Shown here piece after piece: positions 37,879-47,422 of a DNA stretch of 64,000 nucleotides. Below the pieces are notes generated by a model. That model saw nothing but the letters and a program-made list of their open reading frames with translations, did not search any database and was not told where the DNA came from. Every line of letters begins with the position of its first letter. The first letter of the stretch is position 1. The position numbers were made by a program, and so were the translations under genes. Origin of the DNA: an uncultured Desulfospira sp. (GTDB lineage Bacteria; Desulfobacterota; Desulfobacteria; Desulfobacterales; Desulfobacteraceae); NCBI GenBank assembly GCA_963663165.1, contig OY760175.1, positions 256,001-320,000 of the forward strand, given 5' to 3'.

Positions 37879-39168
37879 ATGATCGCTTTATTACTCCCCA
37901 TAGCCGTCTTCCTTTTTCTTCTGTTTATCTGCTCTGTTTTCAAACCCAAATACGGGCTTTACCTGCTGGTGTTTATCCGGCCTATTATCGACAACCAGGC
38001 CTTGTACATCACGGAAAAGTTCCCGGGGCTTCCCTTCAATTATTTACAGACAGTGGGGGTTATTGTCCCCGTTATCCTGTTGTTTTCTTTAATGCTTAAA
38101 AAACTGGATGCCGCCAAGGCAAAGGTCCTGTTTTTTGACCAGAGAATTGCCAATTATTATGCGCTGTTTCTGCTGGCCGGCATTCCCGCAGTGGTGCTGG
38201 CCAGTGAGACGGTCCTCATGGTCGGGGACTGGCTCAAATACTTTACCCTGTGGACAATCCTGATCTATGCCATCAACATCATTGAAACCCCTGAAGACCT
38301 TAAACAGCTGTTTGTTGTGATTGTCATCAGTTCGTTTTATCCCCTGCTCCAATTTGTCATCCACCAGGTGACCGGAGATCTGGTGGATGACAGAGGGCAT
38401 CTTCGGAATCTGGGGGGGTACCCCCATCAGAACGTGGCCTCCAGAACCCTGTTGGCCTTTATACCGGCATATCTGTACATGATTTTCAGGGATCAGACAG
38501 CCAAAAAAATGAAGCTGATGTTTTTAGGGCTTTTGATGTTTCTGCTGTTATGCATTTATATGACCTACTACAGGACCCTTTTGCTGGCGCTGGCCGCGCT
38601 GTTGCTGTCCTTTGCCTATTTCAGGAAATATTATTTAACCCTGGTATTGTTGTTTTTGGCCGGCGTTATGATTATTCTCAGTTCTCCTTACCTGCTGAAC
38701 AAAGTCGTGGTCCAGTCCGGGACGGTCCTGTTGAATTTTGATGAGCTGTTCAACCCGAGACCTACCCCCTATGACAGCATCCTGGCCGGCCGGTTTGCCA
38801 CATGGCGGATCCTTACCGATCATTATCTGAGGCACTCCACGGTTATTCAGATGCTGTTCGGGTTCGGGTTCAGCCTGCCCACCCGTGCCGTTGAGGTGTC
38901 GACGGCCCATAATCAGTTTATCCAGACCATCTTTCGGTCGGGAACCATAGCGGCCGTGGTTTTTTATTTCTGGCTTTTTAAAACCATGTTGTTTTCTTTA
39001 AAGAACAATACCGGGCTGATTCCAAACGTCATATCCGCCTATATCATTGGCCTTTTGTTCGCCACCTTTGCCGGAGATTTTTTCAGTGATGCCAGAACGC
39101 ACTGGTTTTTAGCCCCATATCTGGCCATTATGATCAAGTATCACCAGTTTGCCCTGGAAAAGGAATAA
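37879..39168 (+). CDS. wzy: O-antigen ligase/Wzy-type polysaccharide polymerase
   Basis: About 11 TM segments; R..GG..HQN, T..RT, GRFATW, FGFG, AHNQF...G. Confidence 0.8.
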   Translation: MIALLLPIAVFLFLLFICSVFKPKYGLYLLVFIRPIIDNQALYITEKFPGLPFNYLQTVGVIVPVILLFSLMLKKLDAAKAKVLFFDQRIANYYALFLLAGIPAVVLASETVLMVGDWLKYFTLWTILIYAINIIETPEDLKQLFVVIVISSFYPLLQFVIHQVTGDLVDDRGHLRNLGGYPHQNVASRTLLAFIPAYLYMIFRDQTAKKMKLMFLGLLMFLLLCIYMTYYRTLLLALAALLLSFAYFRKYYLTLVLLFLAGVMIILSSPYLLNKVVVQSGTVLLNFDELFNPRPTPYDSILAGRFATWRILTDHYLRHSTVIQMLFGFGFSLPTRAVEVSTAHNQFIQTIFRSGTIAAVVFYFWLFKTMLFSLKNNTGLIPNVISAYIIGLLFATFAGDFFSDARTHWFLAPYLAIMIKYHQFALEKE

Positions 39169-39173
39169 CATTC

Positions 39174-41030
39174 ATGTGCGGTATCCTTGGCGCCATTTGT
39201 TATGATGATGAGCAGCGATTTCGTGATGCCCTGGACCTGATGCATCACCGGGGGCCGGACAATACCGGTATATACCGGGCAGATCCCCATGTCCTTTTAG
39301 GGCACAAACGCCTTGCCATCATTGACCTGGATGAAAAAGCCAACCAGCCCTTTGTCGACAGCGGCGGCAAACATGTGATGGTCTTTAACGGGGAAATTTA
39401 TAATTACCTGGACATCAAAAAAGAACTCCAAGGACTCGGCGTCGTGTTTCGCACCGAATCCGACACGGAAGTCCTTTTAAAAGCCTATCTTCAATGGCAG
39501 GAAAACGCCTTTATCAAGCTGCATGGCATGTTTGCCTTTGCCATTTATGATCTGGAACAAAAAAAGATGGTCCTTGGCCGGGACCGGATGGGGGAAAAAC
39601 CCCTTTTTTATACCAAATCCGGCAACCGGTTCTTTTTCGCATCAGAGTTGAAAAGTATTTGCCGCCTGCTTTCAGACCGCCCGGTTGTTGACCTTAAGGC
39701 CCTGCTCGATTATTTGTCCTTTGGGTATGTCCCCACCCCCAAGACCATTTATTCGGGTATCCGAAAATTAGAGCCCGGGTCATATTTAAATATTGATGTC
39801 AAAACCCTTGAAACGGCCCAAAAACCCTACTATACCGCCCGGTTTGAAAACAGCATAAAGGACCCGGTACAGGCCGCCGAGATGTTTGATCAGATTTTGT
39901 CCGATGTCTCAAAAGAAATCACATTGTCAGATGTGGGGTATGGGGTGTTTCTAAGCGGCGGGGTCGATTCCAGCGGGGTTGCCGCTTACATCAGCCGGAA
40001 CAACAGCCGTGTCAACGCCTACACCATTGGATTCAATGACGCCCAATTTGATGAATCCCCTTATGCAACGCAGGTGGCCCGCCATCTTGACTTAACCCAT
40101 CATATCCTCACCTTGGATGCCGACAACCTCATTGACATCTATGAACAGATGGTTGACCTGTATGATGAGCCGTTCAATGATTTCAGCTTTATCCCCAGCT
40201 ACTTTGTTGCCCACCAGGCCAGGCAGTTTCAAAAGGTGATTGTTTCCGGGGACGGGGCAGATGAAATCTTTTCAGGCTATCAAAAATATCCGCGCCTTAA
40301 ACGGCTCACTGCCGTGTATCCGTTCAGGCCGGTTTGCAAGATGGCCGGGGCCTTGTCCATGCTGCTGCCGGAATCATCCGATTATAAGCGGCAGTTACAC
40401 CGGGTCGGGCTGTCACAAACCGAGCTGTTATTTGATATGATGGCCATTGTGTATAAGCGCCGGGAGCTTGCTAAAATTCTGGGGCCTGCCTTAAAACCCG
40501 TACACCTTCAATATTCTTCCGGCACCATTATCGAAAACCACATCAATGATTTGCCGGCAGACACGTCGCTGCTGCAAAAGCTACGGTATCTGGATGTTAA
40601 AATGCGACTGGTGGATGCCATGCTGGTCAAGGTTGACCGGGCATCCATGGCCAACTCCCTTGAAGTCAGGGCATTTTATCTGCACCCCAGGATAACGGAT
40701 TTTTCCTTTCAACTGGATGATACCCTGCTGGTCAGAGATAAAACCGCCAAGTTTATTTTAAAAAAGACGCTGGAAAACCGGCTGCCCGACCCCATCCTAT
40801 ACCGACCCAAGATGGGGTTCTCAATTCCGTTGAAAAAGTGGATCACCAAAGATTTAAAGCCTGTTTTTGACGAAGCGGTCGGGAACCTGCCCGATGAGCT
40901 GTTTGATAAACAGGCCATTGATGCCGTTGTCAGGCTCCACGAAAAAAGCCAGCGTGATTTTATCTTACAGCTCCACGCCCTGATGTTTTTAGGAACCTGG
41001 CTTAAAAGACGCAACATCAGTTTTTCTTAA
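39174..41030 (+). CDS. asnB: Asparagine synthase (glutamine-hydrolysing) family amidotransferase
   Basis: MCGI, HRGPD, RLAIID, FNGEIYN, LSGGVDSS, SGDGADE, KVDRASMANSLEVR, RPKMGF. Confidence 0.94.
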   Translation: MCGILGAICYDDEQRFRDALDLMHHRGPDNTGIYRADPHVLLGHKRLAIIDLDEKANQPFVDSGGKHVMVFNGEIYNYLDIKKELQGLGVVFRTESDTEVLLKAYLQWQENAFIKLHGMFAFAIYDLEQKKMVLGRDRMGEKPLFYTKSGNRFFFASELKSICRLLSDRPVVDLKALLDYLSFGYVPTPKTIYSGIRKLEPGSYLNIDVKTLETAQKPYYTARFENSIKDPVQAAEMFDQILSDVSKEITLSDVGYGVFLSGGVDSSGVAAYISRNNSRVNAYTIGFNDAQFDESPYATQVARHLDLTHHILTLDADNLIDIYEQMVDLYDEPFNDFSFIPSYFVAHQARQFQKVIVSGDGADEIFSGYQKYPRLKRLTAVYPFRPVCKMAGALSMLLPESSDYKRQLHRVGLSQTELLFDMMAIVYKRRELAKILGPALKPVHLQYSSGTIIENHINDLPADTSLLQKLRYLDVKMRLVDAMLVKVDRASMANSLEVRAFYLHPRITDFSFQLDDTLLVRDKTAKFILKKTLENRLPDPILYRPKMGFSIPLKKWITKDLKPVFDEAVGNLPDELFDKQAIDAVVRLHEKSQRDFILQLHALMFLGTWLKRRNISFS

Positions 41031-41090
41031 CATTTGAAGAGCGACCCGCCACATATTGCCGGCCTTTCGTAAAGGCTTTTGGAGAAAAGG

Positions 41091-42053
41091 ATGAAAATTT
41101 CAGTCGTTATCCCGGCCTACAATACGGAAAAATATATTGCCAGAGCCGTCAACAGCGCCTTGAACCAGACCTTTACGCCCTTTGAGATCATTGTGGTTGA
41201 TGACGGGTCTTCCGACAATACGGCTCAGAAGGCCAAAGCCTGCGCCAAGGACGTTATTGTCATTTCCCAGCCCAACGGAGGGGTTTCAAATGCCAAAAAC
41301 ACCGGCATTGCAAAGGCCAGAGGCGACTGGATCGCTTTTCTGGATTCCGACGATGAATGGCTCAGTTACCACCTTGAACAGGCCCGCGATATTCTATCGG
41401 GCCATCCGTTTTTGCACTGGTACTTTGGACTGGACATCATCAAATCTCAGGATACGGGAAGAATCCTTTATTTTAAACCCTTAAAAGAATCGGTCCGGGA
41501 TACCCTGCTGATACAGGGCGCCTATTTTGATAATTGTTTTGAAATTGAGGCCATTCACCCCATTATGACGACAGTTTCCGCCATCGTTAAAAAATCGGTC
41601 CTTTTATCCCTTGGCGGGTTTAACGAGTCCCTTGGGAGCGGAGAAGACCGGGAATTGTGGCTTCGGATAGGGCTTTCCCATCCAAGGGTGGGATATGGCG
41701 CAAGGCTTTCCGGTATTTACTGGATTCGCGGCAATTCCATCACCAATACCGCGAGTGTAAACCGGTCTTCGATGAATGATGCGCTCAAATTCCTGTTTCA
41801 TATGGACCGGGTTTCCGGCTCAAAGGGGCCGGTGGCCAAAAAGGCGGCCGAACCGTTTATTCTCGATTGTGCCCGGCGAACCGTTGCCAGGGCCGTTAAA
41901 TTTAATGACCTTAATGCTGTTAATGATATTTTCAAAAAATACGGGTATAAACTCGGGTTCCGGTATAACCTGCTGGCGTTTTTCGGCCGGTTCATCCCGC
42001 CTTCACTGATGCCGGCAGTCAAAAAACTTAAAGATACCGTAAAACCCCGATAA
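41091..42053 (+). CDS. Glycosyltransferase family 2
   Basis: ISVVIPAYN, VVDDGSSD, AFLDSDD, GEDRELW. Confidence 0.93.
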   Translation: MKISVVIPAYNTEKYIARAVNSALNQTFTPFEIIVVDDGSSDNTAQKAKACAKDVIVISQPNGGVSNAKNTGIAKARGDWIAFLDSDDEWLSYHLEQARDILSGHPFLHWYFGLDIIKSQDTGRILYFKPLKESVRDTLLIQGAYFDNCFEIEAIHPIMTTVSAIVKKSVLLSLGGFNESLGSGEDRELWLRIGLSHPRVGYGARLSGIYWIRGNSITNTASVNRSSMNDALKFLFHMDRVSGSKGPVAKKAAEPFILDCARRTVARAVKFNDLNAVNDIFKKYGYKLGFRYNLLAFFGRFIPPSLMPAVKKLKDTVKPR

Positions 42054-42070
42054 CAGGTGAACAAACGTAA

Positions 42071-43603
42071 ATGATCAGCATCGACGATGCCAAAAAACGG
42101 CTGGTACTCAACACCATCTCCAATATCCTCAACGTCGGTGTAACGTCACTGATTCTGTTGTGGCTGACCCCTTTTCTGGTCCGGCAGCTGGGCGTGGATG
42201 TCTACGGCATGTATCCCCTGGTCGCCGATATAGCCCTTTACATCATGATTTTATCCGGCAACTATACAACGGCGTTCAGCCGGTTTATCTCCCTTGCCAT
42301 TGAAAAAAACGATATGGCATCCGGGCGGACCTATTTTTCCACGGCCGTGGTGTCGCTTTTCGGCATCAATATGGTGGTGCTCATCCTGGTATTGGGCGCC
42401 GCCTTTTTCCTGTCCAGCCTGATCCATATCCCTTCCGGCGCCCAAACCGATACCGCTGTTTTCTTTGTGCTGATGATTGCCTCAGGCCTTGTGGATACCT
42501 TTGCAAGTCCCCTGTGGGTTTCCACCTTTGTGACCCATAAACTTTATGTTCAGAACATATCCGTGGTGATCAGCCGGATCGGGCAGCTTCTGGCCATTCT
42601 GGTGTTGTTTTATCTGTTTGACGCATCATTGACCATTGTGGGCGTCAGCCGGTTTGGCATGTTTTGTTTCCAGTTTATCATGGCCCTGATGTTTACGAGG
42701 ATGTTCCTGCCAGACCTGACCCTTAAGATCAAAGCCTTTTCCTGGCCGGCATTCAAGGAAATGGGGAAAATGAGTTACTGGATCACCATTGACACCATTG
42801 GCAGCCTTTTCTACCTTCAGTCAGACCTGATCATCATCAACCTGATCACCCATTCCGGGATGGTGGGCCTTTATGCGGTGGTGGTTCAGTGGGTCTTGTT
42901 TTTACGGACCCTGACACCGGCCATCAGCAATGCCTTTTCACCCATTGTGATTGATTTTATCGCAGAAAATAAGATGCCTGACCTGGCCTTTCATACCAGG
43001 CGAGCCATTAAATTCATGGGCATGATTCTGGCCTTGCCCATTGGCCTTTTGACCGGCCTTTCCACCCCTTTGCTGGTGGTATGGCTGGACCCGTCATTTG
43101 CCCATCTGGGTCCCTTGATGAAGCTGGTGGTTTTCCCCCAGATTATCTTTCTGGCCATCAACCCCCTTTATTTCATCAACCGGGGGTTGAACAAGGTTAA
43201 AATCCCGGCACTGGTCACCTTTGCCGGCGGGATCCTGAACGTCATCTTTTCCGCCGGCCTGCTCAAGTACAGCAGCTGGGGGCTTTATGCCGTGGCCGTG
43301 GCCACGGTTCTGGCATTTATGCTCAGAAGCATTGCCTTTACGCCCATCTACACCGCCGGGCTGCTCAACCAGAAGCGGTATTATTTCTTAATGCCGGTGA
43401 TCCCCGGGGTTATTCTGGCATCTCTGGTTGCGGCGGCGGCCTTTGGCATGGCATCAACGTTTGCCATAACGTCCTGGTGGCATCTGATAGCCGCAGGCCT
43501 GGTCATGACGGTTATTTACGTTCCGGTTTGCTTTTTAACCGTATTAAGAGGGGATGAAAAACGATTTTTGATCTCTCTTGTGGGAAAAAAGTTCAGCCGG
43601 TAA
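42071..43603 (+). CDS. wzx: Wzx-type oligosaccharide flippase (MOP superfamily)
   Basis: About 14 TM segments; TPFLVRQLG..YG, DLIII, VGLYAV. Confidence 0.88.
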   Translation: MISIDDAKKRLVLNTISNILNVGVTSLILLWLTPFLVRQLGVDVYGMYPLVADIALYIMILSGNYTTAFSRFISLAIEKNDMASGRTYFSTAVVSLFGINMVVLILVLGAAFFLSSLIHIPSGAQTDTAVFFVLMIASGLVDTFASPLWVSTFVTHKLYVQNISVVISRIGQLLAILVLFYLFDASLTIVGVSRFGMFCFQFIMALMFTRMFLPDLTLKIKAFSWPAFKEMGKMSYWITIDTIGSLFYLQSDLIIINLITHSGMVGLYAVVVQWVLFLRTLTPAISNAFSPIVIDFIAENKMPDLAFHTRRAIKFMGMILALPIGLLTGLSTPLLVVWLDPSFAHLGPLMKLVVFPQIIFLAINPLYFINRGLNKVKIPALVTFAGGILNVIFSAGLLKYSSWGLYAVAVATVLAFMLRSIAFTPIYTAGLLNQKRYYFLMPVIPGVILASLVAAAAFGMASTFAITSWWHLIAAGLVMTVIYVPVCFLTVLRGDEKRFLISLVGKKFSR

Positions 43604-44777
43604 ACGGCGATCTGTTTTTTATGATCTGCTCATAAACCTTTCGGGTATTTTTCCCCATGTTTTCCAGCTGAAAGTATTGACAGGCATGCTGCCGGAGGCG
43701 CTGCCCCTCATCCCTGGCCTTAAGGCGATCCGAGACAAGCTGCATGAGCTTTTCTGCCAAATCATCCGCATCCCACAACCGAAACACCATTCCCGGGGGA
43801 TCCGGGGCCGTGCGGTCCGTTGATTGCGTTTCAAACACGGCCACATTTTCAGGAATGTCGCTGACTATGCTGGGAAGGCCGTAGGCCATGGCCGACAACA
43901 GTGAATTGGACATGCCTTCAATGGACGAGGGAAGGATAAAGGCAAAGGCATTGGCAAACAGTTCATCTTTAAGCCGGCCTGAGGCAAATCCAAGCAGTTT
44001 GATCCGCTCGTCACCGGCCTGTTCAACCAGTTGATTGTAATAATCCGGGGACTTTCCTTTGTGGCCTGCAATGGCGAGCTTAAGTCCTTTGGCCTCCGGG
44101 GTGTCCTTGATTTTTTCAAAGGCCTGAACCAGGGTATGGCACCCCTTTTCCGGTTCAAGCCTTGCCATAAACAGCAGGTAATCCTGTTTGCCAAGCCCCC
44201 ACTTGGTGATCTGGTCCGGCTCAGGAAGGACCCTGGGCAGGTCCACGCCGTTGGGGATATAGGCGGTTTGCGCCTGATAGGTCCGGGTAAAATACCGCTT
44301 CATGGCCAGGGAATTGACCGTGGTCACATGGGCGAACCTGATGCTGCACAGCTCTCCAAACCGGAGCAGGGAAGATGAAAACTTGTCCCATTTTTCCCGC
44401 TGGGAATCCAAGGCGCGCATTGCCCCGACCACTTTTTTGCCCATGAGCCTTGGAATAAACGAAAACAGGCATGGCCCGGGGTTGTTGATCTGCACAATGT
44501 CGATGTCGGGATTGAAGCTGACATGGATAACCGAAATCAGTGAGCGGATCAGATTGTCCAGGTGTTTGGAAGGGATACTCGGGATTTCAATTCTGCGAAT
44601 GTTCTTGGGATAGGTTTTCTGAAGCGCCTGCTGCCGCTCCTGTCCGGATAGTTTCTGGCAGTATACGATGACGTCGTCTCCCTTGGCGGCAAGATGGAGT
44701 GAAAGGTATTCCACATAGGTTTCCGTACCGCCGTAGCAGGGCGGGATTCCTCTGGATCCGAGCAGGGCAATTTTCAT
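43593..44777 (-). CDS. Glycosyltransferase family 4
   Basis: GSRGIPPCYGGTE, YIPNG, RLEPEKG, PSSIEGMSNSLLSAMAYG, SDIPEN. Confidence 0.93.
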   Translation of the reverse strand: MKIALLGSRGIPPCYGGTETYVEYLSLHLAAKGDDVIVYCQKLSGQERQQALQKTYPKNIRRIEIPSIPSKHLDNLIRSLISVIHVSFNPDIDIVQINNPGPCLFSFIPRLMGKKVVGAMRALDSQREKWDKFSSSLLRFGELCSIRFAHVTTVNSLAMKRYFTRTYQAQTAYIPNGVDLPRVLPEPDQITKWGLGKQDYLLFMARLEPEKGCHTLVQAFEKIKDTPEAKGLKLAIAGHKGKSPDYYNQLVEQAGDERIKLLGFASGRLKDELFANAFAFILPSSIEGMSNSLLSAMAYGLPSIVSDIPENVAVFETQSTDRTAPDPPGMVFRLWDADDLAEKLMQLVSDRLKARDEGQRLRQHACQYFQLENMGKNTRKVYEQIIKNRSPFTG

Positions 44778-44792
44778 TTTGGTCCCTTCTGG

Positions 44793-45914
44793 TTAAGGGT
44801 TAAGGGTTTCAAGCAGGGCTTTTTTGTAAACCGGGTATATAAAACGGATATGAAAATCCCGGGCCCGGCCAAGGGCCTTTTGTTCATATGCCATTCTGAT
44901 TTTATCCTCATGATTCATTAAAATAAGGGCCCGGGCCAGGGCATTTTCATCATTGACCGGAATCAGGATGCCAAATTCCCCTTGGTGAACATCATTAACC
45001 GGGGGGTGAAACATTGGGTCGAGTATTTCTTTGGGGCCGGATTTGCAGTCCGTTGCCACCACGGCTTTTTCCAGGATCAGGGCCTCGGCCAGGCCGTTTG
45101 GAAAGCCTTCCCGCTGGGAGGACAGTACAAAAAATTTACAGTGTTTAATGAACGGATAGGGATTGGCGTGAAAACCGGGCAGAATGACCTTGTCTTTTAG
45201 CGCTAACTGTTCGATAAGGGTTTCAAATTCACCGCGCAACGGGCCTTCTCCAAGGATGACCAGTTTGGGGGCAAGACTTGCCGCCGCATAGGCCCTGATC
45301 AGCAGATCAAATCGTTTTGCCGTGTTGAACCGGCCAATGGCGCAGATGTATTCTCCCTGGCCCGGCAAATGTTCATCGGCCTTTGCCTGGATATCTTCAA
45401 CCGGGTAGGGATTGTAAATGGTGATGACCTTTTTTTCAGGAATGGCGAAATGGTCAATCAGGTCATCCCGCCCCCCTGTGGAATTTGCAATGATGGTATG
45501 GGCAAAGGGATAGACAAAGCGGATCAGCATCCGGTTTAACCGGTGATAGAGGCTGGCATCCCCAAACCGGCTGCTGGCCGTTGAGCGCTCGCTGATGACC
45601 ACCTTGTGCCCAAAAAACAGGCGGGATGCCACGGAGAATTGGTTTGACCGTGTCAGAAAACTGAACACCAGGTCCGGCTTGATCTGTTTGATTTGTGCCA
45701 GAAAGGCGAAAAACGTTAATACCAGGTTTCTTTTATCCACACAGACCACCGGTGTCTTTTCGGGAAGCCTTTGGGTGATCACCCGGTCATCAAGCAGAAT
45801 CACGGTCACGGCAAAATCACGGGACAGCCGGTGGACAAGGGTGGTAAAAACCCGCTCAGCGCCGCCGCCTTCCAGGGAGTTGATCACCATTGCTATGCTT
45901 TTTTTACGGGGCAT
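44793..45914 (-). CDS. Glycosyltransferase family 4 (PglJ/WabH-like)
   Basis: GGGAER, ISER, IYNP, GRF..AKRFD, SQREGFPNGLAEA, DCKSGPKEIL. Confidence 0.93.
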   Translation of the reverse strand: MPRKKSIAMVINSLEGGGAERVFTTLVHRLSRDFAVTVILLDDRVITQRLPEKTPVVCVDKRNLVLTFFAFLAQIKQIKPDLVFSFLTRSNQFSVASRLFFGHKVVISERSTASSRFGDASLYHRLNRMLIRFVYPFAHTIIANSTGGRDDLIDHFAIPEKKVITIYNPYPVEDIQAKADEHLPGQGEYICAIGRFNTAKRFDLLIRAYAAASLAPKLVILGEGPLRGEFETLIEQLALKDKVILPGFHANPYPFIKHCKFFVLSSQREGFPNGLAEALILEKAVVATDCKSGPKEILDPMFHPPVNDVHQGEFGILIPVNDENALARALILMNHEDKIRMAYEQKALGRARDFHIRFIYPVYKKALLETLNP

Positions 45915-46078
45915 GAAATTTCTTTGGATGTTTTATGTTTTACTGATGACCGCTTTTCTTCTATATCACAAAAGCGGCAAAATATATAGAAACCATTGGC
46001 TGTTTGTCAGGGTGATCGCACGTAACTTGCCTGCCGGTGATTTCAATTTCGATGATAAGGATAATAATGTATATTGTT

Positions 46079-46168
46079 GAGACTTGGGATATGGGATATG
46101 GGATATGGGACTTGGGGAGGCCGTGGATGCCGCAATCCCCAGGTCCCATATCCCAAGTCCCAAGTCCA
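46079..46168. repeat. Inverted heptamer arrays (hairpin) upstream of the GT4 genes
   Basis: GAGACTT (GGGATAT)3 GGGACTT GGGGA - loop - TCCCC AGGTCCC ATATCCC AAGTCCC AAGTCCA. Confidence 0.85.
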
Positions 46169-46602
46169 ATTTTTTGGAGATTGAATGTATCATTATCAAT
46201 GCGGTTCCCCTGGCCTGTTTGCCAGGGGAGAGCGTGTAATCTTCAGCCGGTCTGATATGTCAATATAGCCAACCCTGTTAATAATCATCCGGGGGGGGAT
46301 TCCGGCATTGACGGCATTTCGTTTTTGCCATGCCCCGCATTGGAAACTTTTAGATGATGATATCCCCCACAATGCGGCTGTTATTCAGTGCTGTTTTCGA
46401 AAAAGCCTGGACGACAATTAGACATAAGTGTTGTCGTACGGTTCCTAAAATTCTGCTCTAATGTTTTTATCAATCCAAATGGTCTTTTTGACAATTTTAG
46501 CCTAAAATTTTATGATTTGGATAAACGAGGAATCGCTCAGGATGGGCTTTTTCAACGAGGTGCTTTGCATGCAACTATTCACCTTTTTAACCATGTGTCA
46601 AT

Positions 46603-46726
46603 CAATGTCATTAACTTAAGCGTTAATACAAGAAACTGGAAACAAGAGACAAGAGGATGAAGCGCCGTTGGCGCCCATTTTATAACCCCTGCGCGCTATG
46701 CCAAATTTCTTAAGTTAATGGCATTG
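46603..46726. mobile_element. 124-bp MITE, copy 2
   Basis: Same TIRs as copy 1 and one internal difference noticed (GGGTGAA vs GGATGAA); 10-bp direct repeat ATGTGTCAAT at 46593-46602 and 46727-46736. Confidence 0.93.
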
Positions 46727-46738
46727 ATGTGTCAATCA

Positions 46739-47422
46739 TTAGTCACCCCTCTGAATCACTTCAAAAGTTCTTAACCAGTCATTAAAAAGAGGACATTCGT
46801 TTCGAATTTTTTCGATACCGATTTCTTTGGCGATGGTCACCCCCATCGTTGTTTTCAGAAACTTCCCATTGATTGACCAGGCATCCAGGCGTTTGGAAGG
46901 AGCTGTCTGGGGATTATTATTGATTGCTTCTGGAGAGCCACATTCAGATATGACCGTTGCAACTGTAGATTCATCTATGCCCAGTTGCCTGGCAAGAATC
47001 CCGGCATCACTGAAAAGCAGTGCCTCAAATTCATGCACGGCTACGAAAGGTATAAATCGGCGTTCTGCCTGTTGTTCTGAAAAAAGCGAGATAACATGAT
47101 TTTTGGTCGCCTCATTCACCGTTTTGGCAATCTGTGAAGGATGCGCTTGCTCTGGTACTAAATCAAATCCTGGCCATTCTTTAGTCCCGTAATAATCGAT
47201 AAATGTCGTAACATAGGTATCAGGCCGTTGTTTTAAATGCAATTCCAGGTCCCTTTTGACACGGGAAAAACGAACATCACCACCCTTTTGTCCTGGCTTG
47301 GATACTTGAGTCGCACGTATCCCTATGTTTTTATAACCGATATACGGTGCTAAGATACTCTCAATGAAAATCTGCTCGGTCTTGCCTTCCACGATGGCGA
47401 TCACTTCAATGTAATTACTCAT
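46739..47422 (-). CDS. DUF4276 family protein (TOPRIM-like)
   Basis: IVEGKTEQ, TTFIDYYG, HEFEALLFSD, PEAINN..TAPSKRL, IR.ECP.F..W. Confidence 0.88.
   Translation of the reverse strand: MSNYIEVIAIVEGKTEQIFIESILAPYIGYKNIGIRATQVSKPGQKGGDVRFSRVKRDLELHLKQRPDTYVTTFIDYYGTKEWPGFDLVPEQAHPSQIAKTVNEATKNHVISLFSEQQAERRFIPFVAVHEFEALLFSDAGILARQLGIDESTVATVISECGSPEAINNNPQTAPSKRLDAWSINGKFLKTTMGVTIAKEIGIEKIRNECPLFNDWLRTFEVIQRGD

Noticed and set aside
46206..46229. Strong hairpin TCCCCTGGC-N6-GCCAGGGGA
   Set aside because: No U-tract on either strand and no adjacent gene end; function not assignable.
45961..46255. Short ORFs with WDMGY / SHIPYP periodicity
   Set aside because: Translations of the inverted heptamer arrays; no RBS or family support.
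46388..46560. Possible IS remnant bounded by GAAAAAGCC ... GGCTTTTTC, and the 90-aa ORF across it
   Set aside because: Only a 9-bp inverted match, with no TSD or transposase similarity; the ORF runs into the MITE. Too weak to call.
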